A stretch of 64,000 bases of DNA. It comes from Fimbriosthenelais zetlandica (lineage: Eukaryota). The translations under genes were made by a program, and so were the position numbers. The notes below the pieces were generated by a model. It was not told where the DNA came from. It saw only the letters and a program-made list of their open reading frames with translations, and searched no databases. Where the stretch lies: the NCBI GenBank assembly GCA_977030845.1, contig OZ365114.1, positions 26,350,001 to 26,414,000 of the forward strand, read 5' to 3'. Positions 49,901 to 63,540 of the stretch are shown here, one piece after another. How positions within the stretch are numbered: position 1 is the first letter of the stretch; each line of letters opens with the position of its first letter.

Positions 49901-51368
49901 CTCATCTCCACCCCTCTTCCCTCTCCCCTTCCTCACCTCCTCACCCACACCCACCACCACTCCTCACCTCTCCCTTTTAGCTGAGTCAGCACATTAGGAT
50001 TTTAAGGGCTGTATAACCATATGTAACTGTCAGTGGTTTGGAGATGGCCCGGAGGCTCTGCCCACCTGGCTCGCCCGCTTCCTTTTGATGGCTGCCACGG
50101 AGTTAGACCCTTGGGAGTCCTAAGATGCAAGGGGAAGGCAGAAAGGGTCACAGATGCTAAGGTAGAGCCATCACCTGGTCTACCCCTATAGGACTATTAT
50201 ACCTCAGCTCCCCAGCCTCCCATGCCGGCCCAGGCTTCTATGGTAGGCGTTGGTTTTCACTGGTAAACCAACTTTTCACTATTCAGCCATTGGCCATCAT
50301 GATGCAGCATTTTAAGAGGTGTAAGGCCCTCAAATGTTCAGTAACTAAAATTGAATCAGGCACTGTATGAACTGTATGAATTATGAATTCAGAGTAATAT
50401 TTCCAGTCTATAAATGTAATTAATCATGTTTAATTTAATATTTGTTGGTGAATAATCAGTCAAAGTTTTATAAATTGTGCTGATGCACCTGTCCCCTGAA
50501 TAGACTGATGTCCTTTGAATGATTCAAGGCTTCATTTACTGCTCACTTATGTCCAATAAGACCTTCAGAGGTCCAGCAGTTTGTAATAATTTGGCTTGGT
50601 AAAAAGGCCAGGTTTAAAGGCTCTATGGTCATGTCGCCGTACAGTTGATTTTGTGTTCCCTTCTTTCAAAGGCGGGCAAGGCTCATTCTTTGTGAAGTTA
50701 AGGTTGAACGGAGGTCACTACCATCACCCTTTAGTCGTTCATCTTGAGGGCAGATGAAGGGCAGAACTAAACAAGACGTATATACTCTTCTGGCAATGCC
50801 CGCTCTACTCCCTACCATCTTTTTTACTCCACTAGCTTTTCATTCTGTATCGGGTTTTTTTCACTTTTCACTCATATTATGAGATTCAGATATTTGATCG
50901 GACATGGTGATTGCCACTAAAGAGGATCGGAGTGCTTTAGAGATGGAGATCAGATTAGAGGTATATTTAATAATATTTAAAATGTCCTGAGTTGCTACTG
51001 GATTAATTAACCCGATGGACACTTGTAAACGTGGATGGCAGATCACATTGAGTGATAGCAGATCAGGATGGTCAAAGATCATCGCAATTCACAAATGAAA
51101 GCCTTTGTAATCCATCCACCCTCCTGTAATACAAGGTGATTGACGACTTTTTGTTATGTCTCACTCATATACTGAGCACATGTCATAGAACAATTTAATT
51201 TGTAATGGAGAGAAAGAGAGAGTGGGAGAGCTTCACTTGTAATATAATCTCCTTATTTTTAGCAGCTAATAAAGTTTTCTGATTTAATTTCTGACGAGAT
51301 ATTTTCTACTACTCGACACTCAACTGCCATTTGCCAGTAGTAGATTGCAGGGCGTTTGGTTTCCAACA

Positions 51369-51574
51369 ATTTACCATCAGCGGCATCTGCTTCCGCATTT
51401 ATTCACGCACTCGCCATTTTAAAACAACAGCAGCTATGGAAAACGTGACAAAAATTGAAATTGGTTGTATTTGTTTGTTGGACTTGTTTTTCCTCAGTCC
51501 GGCCGAGAGAGGAAGTTGGCAAAGTAAACATGGCGTTCTATCAGGCATGCATTGCTCCCCCTGGTGGCGTATGT
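51369..51574. promoter_or_regulatory. Promoter-like module with divergent YY1-type motifs, ETS and FOX sites and a CTCF-like motif
   Basis: CGCCATTTT at 51412-51420, GGAAGT at 51511-51516, GTAAACA at 51524-51530, AACATGGCG at 51527-51535 and GCTCCCCCTGGTGG at 51554-51567 (CCACCAGGGGGAGC on minus). Confidence 0.4.
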
Positions 51575-54127
51575 TATCTCAAAAACGTGCTGTATGTATT
51601 ACCAGACACCCCCCCCCCCACCCACCCCCCTCCTCCACTACCCCACCCTCTCCATTCACGCTAGATGTCTCTCCACAAGTGCTGGATGCGCATATTGGAC
51701 ATTGATTTCCAGGGCGATAATCAAGTTCTTTTCCCCTTTTTTCGCTCAACACGTATCTCACTCAATACCTTGTCCAGAATTAGCAGACCCCTCTGTCCTT
51801 GTGAATGAAGCAGAATATCTCCTCACTCGATAAATGGCTGACCATTGAACAGGTTCGTCGCTTCATTTTTTAGCACAGAGACTTCAGAGCACAACCACCT
51901 GTTAACTATTCCATCAAAATAATGAATCGGTTCATTCATCAAAATTATATAATTATTCACTATACAAGGATTGAATGAGGTAGATGCCTCAATCAAAGGC
52001 TTCTCTCATACTATCAAGTTTACAATCACCTTCTGTTCTAATTTCTTACTCCCTCAGTGTTAACTTTCAACAGTTTAGCAGCTTAATTACTAATGTACAT
52101 GAATCATTCATAATGTATAAAACACATTCTCAATGCCAAATTGCTACTTGATTTTCCTAGAGAAAAAAATCCGCAGATATTTTTTGCACTCTATGTCAGT
52201 ACATGAAACCATGCCTGCATGGTTCTATGAGCTTTTCAAAGGATGCATTTTCGTACATGATAATACAGCTACCATAAATTTTATTCCTGCTTGATTTCCA
52301 TAATTATGAAGTAATTTGCTGTACTATAATAATATGAAATTCAAAGCTTATGAAAATAGTTGGCTTTCAAATCAGTCAATGGCCATGCATGTCTATATTC
52401 TCAAAGAAAGATATGACTGGCAGGAAGAATGGATGGGGTTTCCTTCGTCCTTATCTTCCATGGCAAATAAAAAGCATATCTTCGATGACTTAAAACAACC
52501 TAGAATGAGGGTAGAAAAAGCCTGAATATCAGCAGGACTCTTGATTGGCAGCAGGCTGATGTATTCAGGAAGAGTATAATTTAATATTCCTCAAGGAATA
52601 TTTGCTGGAGTCAGTAAAAAACAGCAGCTCTATAGACTCGTGTCTCTGCCGGCTTCTCTCCTACTTCAGACATCAGTTTCAAATTTCCAAAGGTCTCGGC
52701 AGTCTGTTTCGGGCCAAAGTTCACACTGCCTAACATCTATCTCTTGTCATTATTGACTTAAGCAGAACTCGGGGAGCTTGGAGGGATCCTCATAGGGAGT
52801 TTTCTCTATCCACGGCAACTTGCTTCAGACTATCACCCTTTGAGGTCATGGGTTTTTTGAGAGCAAAACTTATTCAACCTCCCCTGAACACTGTTTTTCC
52901 CCTGAGAAACATTACTATGGGAACCTGTACTATGGGAACTTACAACTTGTAGCCCTGAGTGAGTCATTTCAATTTTTATAAGAATAAATTTGACATTTCG
53001 TATAGTCACCTTGAAACATTCCCATTGTAAGTGTTACACTATTCCCATGGAAAACACAAGAATGATGTCTATTGGGGATGTCTTGACATGAAGTTCAAAG
53101 GGGAGAAAACCTGCATGTATGGTTTTCGCAGTTGTTCAGGTCCGTTTGTACTTTCTTATTTTCAAAGGTGGAATCAACGCAAGGTCCCATTAGCAATGCA
53201 ACAGCACTAGGTCACAAATTCAAACTATTAAAGTGAAAAAATATGGCAGTAAGAGCGACGCATACATGTACACATACCTGAAGGAAAATGAAAGGTGAAC
53301 CTAAGAGGAAACCAAATGAAAATGTTTGAGCTAAAGTCTGTTGTGATTCGAGCAAGTTTCAGTATTCTGTGAGTCCTGGTAAGCCAGCGGGGCCCAAAGT
53401 GAAAGGTATTCAAGGATATATACGTATATCATTGACAGATAGGGAATTTAAACTGACAGATAGCGCTGGTCACTAACACTGCTCACCATATTCTAAGTTC
53501 AATGCTTGAGGATGACCAGTGGAGTGACCATTTGACCATTCCACCACGACCACGACCACTGCCACATCCACCTCAGGCCAGAGTATTGATTCTTGGTATG
53601 GCACCATTTAACATTGATTTACATGTCCAGGGGTCGCACTTTACTGGTCAGTGTGGTCACTTTGGAGTGATGGAGGGGCCTCTCCAGGGGCAGGCCTCCT
53701 GCAATTTAAAGTGGGCTTGTTTAACAGGATTTCTAATTAACTACACTGAACCGGCACCGCTTGCATGCGCCTCAGAGCTGTCATGGCCAGGCGACATTCT
53801 AAAAAGTCTCCTTGGTAATAGGCAATCAGGTGTTTAAACATTCCTGATGAAATGTTTGAGTCAATCCCGAGTTAATATCTACAATTCAAGGAATCATATT
53901 GATGGTGAGAAATTGGCAGATGACAAATGATCTCACCTAAAGTGATTGATGAGACTATATGAAAGCTCCACAGAGATACAGAGAGACGGAGGTTCAAGAA
54001 GAGACTTGCTATACAAGTTGATGATCTAGCATTTCCTTGACCTATGACCTTTCCAGCCATCCCCTGGCATGTATCCTGACTAGCCTTACATCTGTCTATA
54101 CCAGGCAAAGCACTGCCTAACTGCTGG

Positions 54128-54157
54128 CCACCACCACCACCACCTCCACCACCACCA
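54128..54157. repeat. (CCA)n trinucleotide repeat
   Basis: (CCA)5 CCT (CCA)4. Confidence 0.9.
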
Positions 54158-55447
54158 CTCTGGCACCACTGTTGGCCACCACTAGCTCCAGCCTGAGGGC
54201 ATAAGATCCATGGCACATGGGGGCTTAGCTCCCCTGATCTATGGGCCCTCTCCTTCCTCCATATGTTCTCCATGGCCCTTCCGTCTGATCTCTACCATAT
54301 GAGAAGTTACTCCATGAATGTATTAATCTTTGTTTGCACTCCATGTACACAAACATACTATGTCTTGTGGGCAGGCCCACGTCGAAAAGATTTCTCCTTT
54401 CGGCTCTAGCTTTAAGACAACCTTAACACACTGTATCTTTCACTGACTAGAATAAATCTACATGTCCATAAGCGAACGATATAAAAAGCAAATTTATCTA
54501 TCGTCTGACTCAGAGATCTATATTTTACGCTCCATCCCATCCCAAAGTTCGTTGCCCTTTGACTTGGGAAACCTTAATAAATTCCTCACAATTTCATGGA
54601 CAAATACAAAGGAAATCTATCGAAGTAAATTGGTATGATTTGTAGGGTTTATAGGGCTACTTTAAATATATATACTGCTATGGTAAGGGTGACTTTCACT
54701 TCCAGAATCATCACATGGTCTGAACACAGATATTAACTTTGGAAATGGTCACTTATTGATATTTCCCAGGGTGGGAATAATCCAGTATAAATGTTACATG
54801 GAGTAGTCTATAATCCAGCACCACTGCTCTATATTGGCCTTTTTGTTTCCATCTATCATTGGGAAGCTGAATGTCCAGGGGAACATGTGAGTGCATGTAA
54901 ATCAAAGCCCCCAGCAACTTCCCTGCAGCTGGTCACTACATGTGGGGCCTGCGGTACATACCAGCGCAACCAATCAGTGGTCGTCTCCTGCCATCGGGCA
55001 GGAAACAGCCAAGGCTGGGTGGACGAGCCGAGGACATGGCAATGTCGGGGGCTTGTTAGTGGAATAGGGAGTAAACACAGGAATCGCATTATGTCAAGCT
55101 CGCCCATGACAACCGTCATTAGATCTCACCCCAGCCCCCTCCACCCTCAATATGGAGGACCAGTGCTCTGACCCCTCCACCTCTTCTGACACATTGAGGG
55201 GTCATCACAAATACTGGAGCTAATATGGGCAAGGCAAGGAGACTAGGGGCTCCGGGTGCTATATTGGCTGAGTTGGTTTGGGATTGGCATAATGGTTGGG
55301 ATGGAGGGTGAACTGTGGGGTGTTTGCATGGGTGGGAATTTGGGTGACAGTGTCCTTGGTGCAGGACAGTCCTATTGGGTATATTGATGACACTTGGAGA
55401 GGTTGATGGGGTTGTTCTGGGTGTTCCTCACCAGTAACGGTTTGTTT

Positions 55448-55483
55448 GGGGGGGGGTGGGGGGGGGGGGGGGGGGGTGGGGGG
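55448..55483 (+). repeat. Poly-G run
   Basis: About 36 nt of G interrupted by two T. The exact length may be affected by sequencing error. Confidence 0.9.
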
Positions 55484-56861
55484 AGAGGTTAGTAAATTGA
55501 TGAATGGTAGAGACTGGAGAGAAACATCATAGTTAGAGCTTGACAGTACTAGGGTAAGAAAACAGGATGAGCCATTTCTATCATTGACCCGGTATTTATT
55601 GTGATTCCCTGCTTAAACTGCAAGGCTTTGAGAATCTGGAGAAGGAGGGATGAGATGATTTGTTATGGAGTCCTGCTGGTGCAGCAGTAGAAGGAATGGA
55701 AGGGTGGTACACTTTATAGTAGGAGTGAGATAGGCCATAAGAGTCAAGTGGAATTACACCAAGGGGAATGACTTCCGATGGAAGTGGGCCATCTCGAATA
55801 CCTGATAGAGGCTGATGTTTCCCGGGGGAGGGAGGTCCCAGCGTCCAGGGACATGCCCCGCTAGCTGCCCCTAGCCACGGGTATAGCTGGCTCCACCCCC
55901 TCTCACTCACCCCCTTCATCAGATTTTACCCAATAAGCCATGGTTTTATCACGCTCTTCTGACCTTCACTTAGGAAAAGAAAGTGTTTCCTCTGGCATCT
56001 GCAGGCTGTTCATGAAATGGTCCATATAATTTAATTTCAGGGTTTACCCCTTAAGGAATATGGAAGATTTCTTCTTAAAGAGAATGCCATGTGTTTTTAA
56101 ACTAAGTTTTGTCATTAATAATTGCTATGGAATCCCTAATCAGAAAGACAAGCTTTCACAGTATCGAAAGGCGCCAAAATGCTATGGCAAATATCTGAAC
56201 AGAAAGATTATAATAGGTCCTGATGACCTTCTATTCATAGTTCTCCTTCTAAAAATATCAGCACTCTGGGAAGATCAGTACATGCAGATGCAATTCAAAT
56301 CTTCCAACAACACTTTTTATGAATTTCTGCTGGAATCTTGTGAAAGTTTTCATTCAATTCAGCACTTTGCCGGCCCACACTACAGCTAGATTTCCCTGTG
56401 GCAATATCAGATACCAGTATGATTCCCTCTTGGCTCGCCTTTTTTCCACAAAGCTCCAATTAATGATAGAAGATATGCTTTGTGATGTTGCAATTGGGGA
56501 GACCATCTAGGACAGTGGGATTGTAATTCACAGATAAGATTACCGCCACTTGTTCTTGCCAAAGACTTGCTTCTGTGCTCAAAGGCAGGATTGAGAGTCA
56601 ATTGAACTGAATTGAATTTGCAGCACTGTCCCTAATATGTTTAAGGCAAATTGAAAACCAACTTGATCTGACTGTGGTAGGAATTAAATCCTCGCTAGCA
56701 TCGCTGTGTTCCTTTGTGTTTAATTTTGGGTTTGCATCTTATTAATTATGCACAATTGTTCTCTGGTTTCCAAGGATATAAATATCCTTTCTGATACCAT
56801 GTAAGGTAACATTGACAACATGGGAGAAGGACAACGGTGTCATATATTTTCTTTCAATCGA

Positions 56862-56889
56862 ATTAAGATGTATGATCATGCATCTTAAT
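56862..56889. other. 28-bp palindrome with one mismatch
   Basis: ATTAAGATGTATGA|TCATGCATCTTAAT. 13 of 14 positions pair, with the single mismatch at 56871/56880. Confidence 0.85.
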
Positions 56890-59828
56890 CAATTATTGTC
56901 TTCATATTTCTAAGCTTTACAGTACTGACTTACATGGCAGTTTCAGTTGTTAATTATATGGAATCTAGAGCTGCCAAATGAGCATCCATTAGTGGTTTCA
57001 TCACAGGGTAAGTTTGATCGATTTCTGTGTTTTTTTGTTCATGAAATATTACTCTAGACAAAGTGAGTTCTGCTTATATGGGTACAATGGAAGTAGGCAA
57101 TAGTGAAAGGGCTTTCTGTTTTGAATGGCGAAGGCCTTGAAGCCATTTTCAATCTAGGGAAAGCAGAGAAGGGGGACGTATCATCGATCTCAGATTAACC
57201 ATCATTGATTTAAATGGAACTGGGAGAGAGTGGTGGATAGAAATCACCAGATAATGAGAGGGATAAGGGGCTAGAGACAAGAGATAACACCCCACTCTCT
57301 GATGGAGGCACCAAAGCAGGCCCAGCCAAACCCACTGATAACCACTGATGGAAAAGATATGAAAGAGAAAATTAAAGAAAAACTTACTTCTTGATTATCA
57401 CAAAGGAAAGGCACTGTCTATTGATTAATTAACACGAAACAAGTGGGCGATATTGGAGGGAATTCTCTGTTCTCATGATGTAAGGGCATTATCCATCGCT
57501 TAGTGAGGAACAGAGGAAGGTAATTATGTCTCGGAGAGAGAGCGCGTCTGATGTGTTTGTAATAAGGTTCACATTTATTGGTTTGAAAATAACACTGTCC
57601 CACTTGCTACTCGAACCGCCTTTGTAATGGCGGCTTGAATTGGGGCCTTTTTCTGCTTTTCTCTTGCTTGTGGTGGGGAGAAATTGAGAAGAGGATTGGA
57701 ATCGCTAGATGTGGTTGAATTGCCAGTGGGGGAAATGGTGGGTGGGTTCACAGTTATTCTTTCCTTCTCTTTTGTTTATCTTTTCTCCAAGCCACAAGAC
57801 TGACGAATAATGCTGACATAGAGATATGGGATGACGCAGAACAAATATCAATATTTATTCACATATTATTAGACATGTAAGGAGGATTTTGGCACGAGGA
57901 ATTAACAGATTAATCTTTAATTCAGATATAATCATTCCCACGGACCTATACTCCGAGGGGACTGATATTATTAATACAGTGTGTGATAGATACAATGACT
58001 AAAATCGCTCAGTAATAAGATAGCATGGCAGGAGTCAGTTGGTATCAGATACACTCATGATTCCCACATAATAACCAGATTATAAGCAGAAAAATACCAA
58101 GCCTGTCCATCTTGGAGTATCTTATTTATTTATAGATAGATCATGGGGAGGTAGGTTTGGGCCCAGGTTTAATTAGGTATGTAGGTCCTCAGAGCTAGTG
58201 GAAATGCTTGTTGATAAGGATGGATGAGGGCAGGATGTAATTGGCTTGGAGCATAGAGAGGGGTGTCAGTAGAGAATAAGGATATGTGATCACCTTTCAG
58301 GCCCAGTAAAGCAGAGAATTTATATACTTTACAGCACGGCAAAGACAATAATGTGTAATTCCTATCACACTGTACCACTGATTGCCTATGGTTATCCCAA
58401 CCTTCTATACATACATACAACAGTTGAAGTCGATGCTCAAATTCCAAGGACAAATTTGACTCACATTTAGGTATCAATAGCACCTACTGCAAAGTAATAT
58501 TTTTGAATGTATTTTTCAGTATTCCTGAATAAATTCTGAGTATTTTTTTTATTGTATAACACCAAGATCCAGCACAGAAGCCTGATTCCGGGGATTCTCA
58601 CACAAGGTCATTTTATGATGGTTTAGTAAAGGTCACTTACTTTAGACCCGGCTTCCGCGCTTCTGCTAGCCCCAGCCTCTAGCTATTCTGGGTAAGGCCA
58701 GTATTCTATGGGATCCCACTTAATCTCTTATATCAAAAACAATTGTGCCAGCCTGGGGGGCCTATCTCCACTCACCACACTCTAAGAACAAGCCTCTTGT
58801 ATGAAACAAATAATCATCAATGGACTGCCTTCAGCTGAACAAATACAGCCTTGGAAATTATCAATTTGGAATCACAATCTCTGAATGAAATTGCAGGCAT
58901 TTGCTGATTGCTAAGACCCTCCTTGGGTAAATGCCATCATCTAACAAAGGCCAATTTGGTCAGGATCTGACCGATGGACAGAAACTAGGTTTCAGAGTGT
59001 TGAACCTCAGACAAGCTTGTTTCCACGGAAGCCTTTTTTCTTCGTGCCAGTCTATAGCATCTTGGTACAATTGGTGATTCATTTTAATGGGGAATATATA
59101 AGAGATGGCCTGGCCCACCCCTGAGGCAAAGCATCGATTTCATATACTACTTGCAAGTGGGGTGTCCATTGTAACAAACAGGTTAGAAGCCATACTCAAT
59201 GGCTCTGTTGACATTTACTACAAAGATGTACAACCTATGTATTATGGTCAACTCCATACTATTCTATTTGAGAAAAAATACAATTTATATATAGGCAATA
59301 TGGGTGTCCCTTTATAGTATAAAGCCAGGCCATTCTGTTATCCTCAATACCAATCATAGAGTTCTTTCTGCAGAAACTATGCTTACTAATAGCAACTATT
59401 GGATATCATCCTAACCTCATATATGTACATCTCCAGCCATTCGACATTCTTGTATTATGGAAGCAATTGCGAAGTGAAAATAAATCCCATTTCTTCAAAG
59501 GTCTCATATCCTACTTATGACACTGCATCCTTTTTCTCTTTGAGTGCAGTGCAGCCTTTTTTCTCCCTCATGCTATGTATGTCTCTCTCTATATTCCTCA
59601 GCTTAACGCAATGATATCTGGCAAGAGATCACAAGAATATCAACGGAACCAATATAGAGAGAAATATAAACATCTCACGAACACTCATATGTATATAAGC
59701 TATTTACCCATAAATGTATAGGATCTATAGGAGCGGGGAATTGACAGGGGGAGAGGGAAGTAAATTGTGCGAGGATAAAGGCAGATTAACATTATGTTAC
59801 TGCATGGAATAGAGTCGCCACTCCCTTA

Positions 59829-59960
59829 TGCATTGTCCCAATAGACACTACATACATATTTCCCACTATAACTGCATGAAATATAGTCCTCACACCCCTG
59901 TGCATTGTCCCAATAGATACTAAACACACCCTTGAGGCTTTTCGCATTGTCCCAATAGAT
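59829..59960 (+). repeat. Three exact copies of the 16-mer GCATTGTCCCAATAGA with unequal spacers
   Basis: Copies at 59830, 59902 and 59944. Confidence 0.9.
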
Positions 59961-62900
59961 CCTGATTTTCCATGTTAGTGCATGCATGGAATAGTCGTGG
60001 GGCCTTCAAGAAGGATGCATGGTATAATCCCATGAATTTATCATTGCATGAAGCACTGAATTGACTATACAGAAATCGGAAATCCATGATTCAAACATGT
60101 AAGGTTTACTTTTGGGAATTTAGAATTTGGATTCCCTAAACGAAATCAAACTTTGAGAATTAGAAATTCTGTATTGCATCTTTGCATGGGTATTCATTCA
60201 CGATGAGTTTCTCGGGATAAGGTTTCAAGATGCTTTAAATATATTATACCCCTGTATAGGAAGAGACCTGTATACATAGAGAGGGAGCATATATAGCCGT
60301 ATTTTAGAGGTGTGGGTATTGTATGCTGTGTGTACAGAGGCTGGTATAGAGGTGGGATGATGCGGAGGGTACTTGTGTTTAATGACCTCTTATTATTGAT
60401 CCTAGCATAAATCATAGAGGCGAGCAAAGACATGGCAATTAACAGGCAATCCTGGCCCAGCGGGGATCAAGGCTGATTTATGCTCAAAAAGGAAATAATG
60501 GGTCAAATATTCAAACCAGCCTCTACCTTATTCTTAGGCCTGATGCACATGGTGTATGGGTTTCAAAGAATAAAACGAGACCTTCAAGTCCAACAGAGGT
60601 TTGACAACAACAGTGGTCCCTTTAGCAATGGTCACATTCCCTCTCGTATTGAGACCTGATAGCATCAGAATAGATAGACCGATTAGCATCAAATATCAGC
60701 ATTTTTTTGTGTGTTTTCCCCATCTTTTTAGCTTGCTGGGTGACTCGTTGATACAAGATAGCAGTATAGTAAGATTAGATGTTTTCCATTGCTGCCTGTA
60801 TGGAATTGGATGACAGACAGAGTAGACAGTCAGTCAGTGTATTTTGCCTTGCACTGCTCTCCCACAACTATCCCCAGTATTTGGCATGCTAAGCACTAGA
60901 ACAGTGCGCCGTAAAATGGGGGTTATATCCATAGGTTTAGAACCTCACCTTCCCCACTAGCCTCCATCCAGTTCATTTGCACATTGAGAGCCTTAAATAG
61001 GCCTGTCTTGGCCTCCAAATCCACGGGACAGCCGCCAATGGGGGCCGGTAAAAACAAGATTGATAGAGGCGTCCCAACCAAGCGGGCCTCTTCCAATCGA
61101 TTTCTTTTTCATCACAGGGAGGTGTGAATGAGATATGGAGAAACGTATCCAAACTGTTTCCTTTCTCTCTTTCATTCGCTCTTCTCTGTTACCCTTTCTA
61201 CCCCCTCCCTCTCTCTCCTCTACCCGTTTGTGACTTAGACCATGGCGAATAGAGTCTTTGGCGTCAAAAGAAGATAATATGATTATATACCTTACTTCAG
61301 ATTGAATTTTGTGATAGTCAGTTTAATGGCTTGAATACGAAAAATCCTATATTATTACACATCTATAGGAAATTCCACGACCATTATAAGTGTTATATAT
61401 CTGCTAAAGTTGTATAATGTATGGATCTGTAGGTGAGATTGACACTGGAATGAATCCCACGGACTATATTAAAGATTTAACGAAAAATAGTCATTGCAAA
61501 CTCCCTTCTCTCAAATATATCTTCCCACTCAACCTCTGTATTATAAGTTGACCATTTCTTGACTGTCCGTTACTTCTTTGTTATGCGTTATGCAGCATAT
61601 CTGCCCTGCCCCCCTGTGGACAACACGCCTTTATTGGATATATGATACATGGGTCCTACCGGCTTAAAAGTTTAGATGGCTCAATTTCCTTCATATATCC
61701 CAAAAGATCCCCAAACTCTCTGTTCAGATATGTATCAAAACAATGGCCAGATATATATGATGCCCTTAGGTTTTGTTTAGAGGACTAAATTACAAAATAA
61801 TAGTGAAAAGGAACACATTCTAGAGGAGGGGCTTTAAAAAAATAATACAAAAATGATGAATCACATCGGCGAATTTATATCTTAGTTCCTGACACTACAA
61901 ACAGTGCGCTATGAGCAGGATGCCCATTTACGGGTCGATATTATTCCTCCTGACGTTTCCATGAATATATGGAGGAAGATATTGAATAAGCCGGGCAGGA
62001 ACAAAGGTTGTGCCACCTCCAATATGAACCATATAGAAATAAGAGTGACTCAGCAGAAAATACACCCATACTATGACCACAACCTACTGGATCTTTTCGG
62101 AACCCCTTTTTGCATGGAAACCCTAATTAGAAACTGTCCAGTCGGGATCTATTTTTTATTGAATTCCCCGCCGGATGTTTCCTTGTAGAGGTTTGTTTCT
62201 TTATGGTACCTTGTCAGGTAATGTTTACTAGGGAATCTTATAGCTATATCTTTGATGATTACCGCGCGTTCCTACCCCATAGGTTCACTCCTTGGATAGA
62301 TCAGATCTATAGAATACTGTCTCGGGATTATATTACAAGGAGAAGGGTTCCCATCCTGTGGCTAGAGTAGGATAAGCCCCACCAACACCCTCCAGCCCCA
62401 TCCGACCATCCAATTAACCCTTCCCCAATGTCACCTCCCTCTAGGCATCTTGATATGGATCTTTGCCAGTGCCTTAAGGCATCCTTACATTATGTGGGTC
62501 CGGATGGCAACCTAAGGCATCAACTTCCACAAAAGAATTTCAGGCAGTTTTCTCTTGGAGAATAACACATCTAGTCTTGAGTATGTAGTGTTCTATATGT
62601 TCCCTTCAACAGATGTGATCTCAGATGTAATACGTGTTCCTCCTTTTAGGTCGAACAACTACTGGGACAAGATGAGAAAACTACTAAGACAAGCTAAAAA
62701 TAATAATAAGAAAAGCTGAAATACTACTGAGAAATACCTACTTTAGCACCTGGTCTATTAAAAAATGACCTTAATTGTTATTTAAAAGTCATAAACCATT
62801 GATTAATAATGTAATAAAAAAACATGTTTGCAAGATTGATGAACCGTCTGAGAAGTTTCTTTTCTGAAGTCGTCCAGCAAGTGTTAAAACAGTCCAGTGG

Positions 62901-63540
62901 AGGTGTTCCTCCATAGTGTGCCGGGAGGAGGATATCTATGAGTGTGTTCATTAATCTTTGACCTGCACACTAATGATTCTCCAGCCAGCCGATCGTTATC
63001 ATAGTCCATATAGCCCCTACCTCATGCTCCTGGACAAAGCTATAGCATGCAGCTCCCCCACTAGATCCCCATCTCCAGGCAGGATACAAGCCGTCAGACC
63101 ATATATCCTATATCCTGCTTGTAAATCCCCCCCCCCCCCCCCACCCTCCACCTCATGAAACCCGCACACACCATGTTTGGATGTGTTAATTCTAATTTGG
63201 CGGTGAGAGTCAGAAGTTCCGGTTCCTATGAAAGATGACAATGAAAGATTTTTAAAAGTTCCCAATACAAGCCTTCCTGAAACCTTTTATTTAAACTGCT
63301 ACTAATATAGGCCTAAACCATACAATCTAAAAGGGAAAGTTCAAAGAAAGTCTCTCAACTAACAAAAGAACTCAAATTAACCTTAAAGGTAATCCCAACC
63401 TGAACCTAAAGTTTCAAAACATATCTTTTACTCAATTAGCTTTCTCTCGGCCCCTTTAAGTGTTTTTGTCATCTAGACTGGGGGAATATTTCGGTGGGGA
63501 AAAAAGAGCGGGAATGGTGGATTTGAGTGACAGGTGCCAG

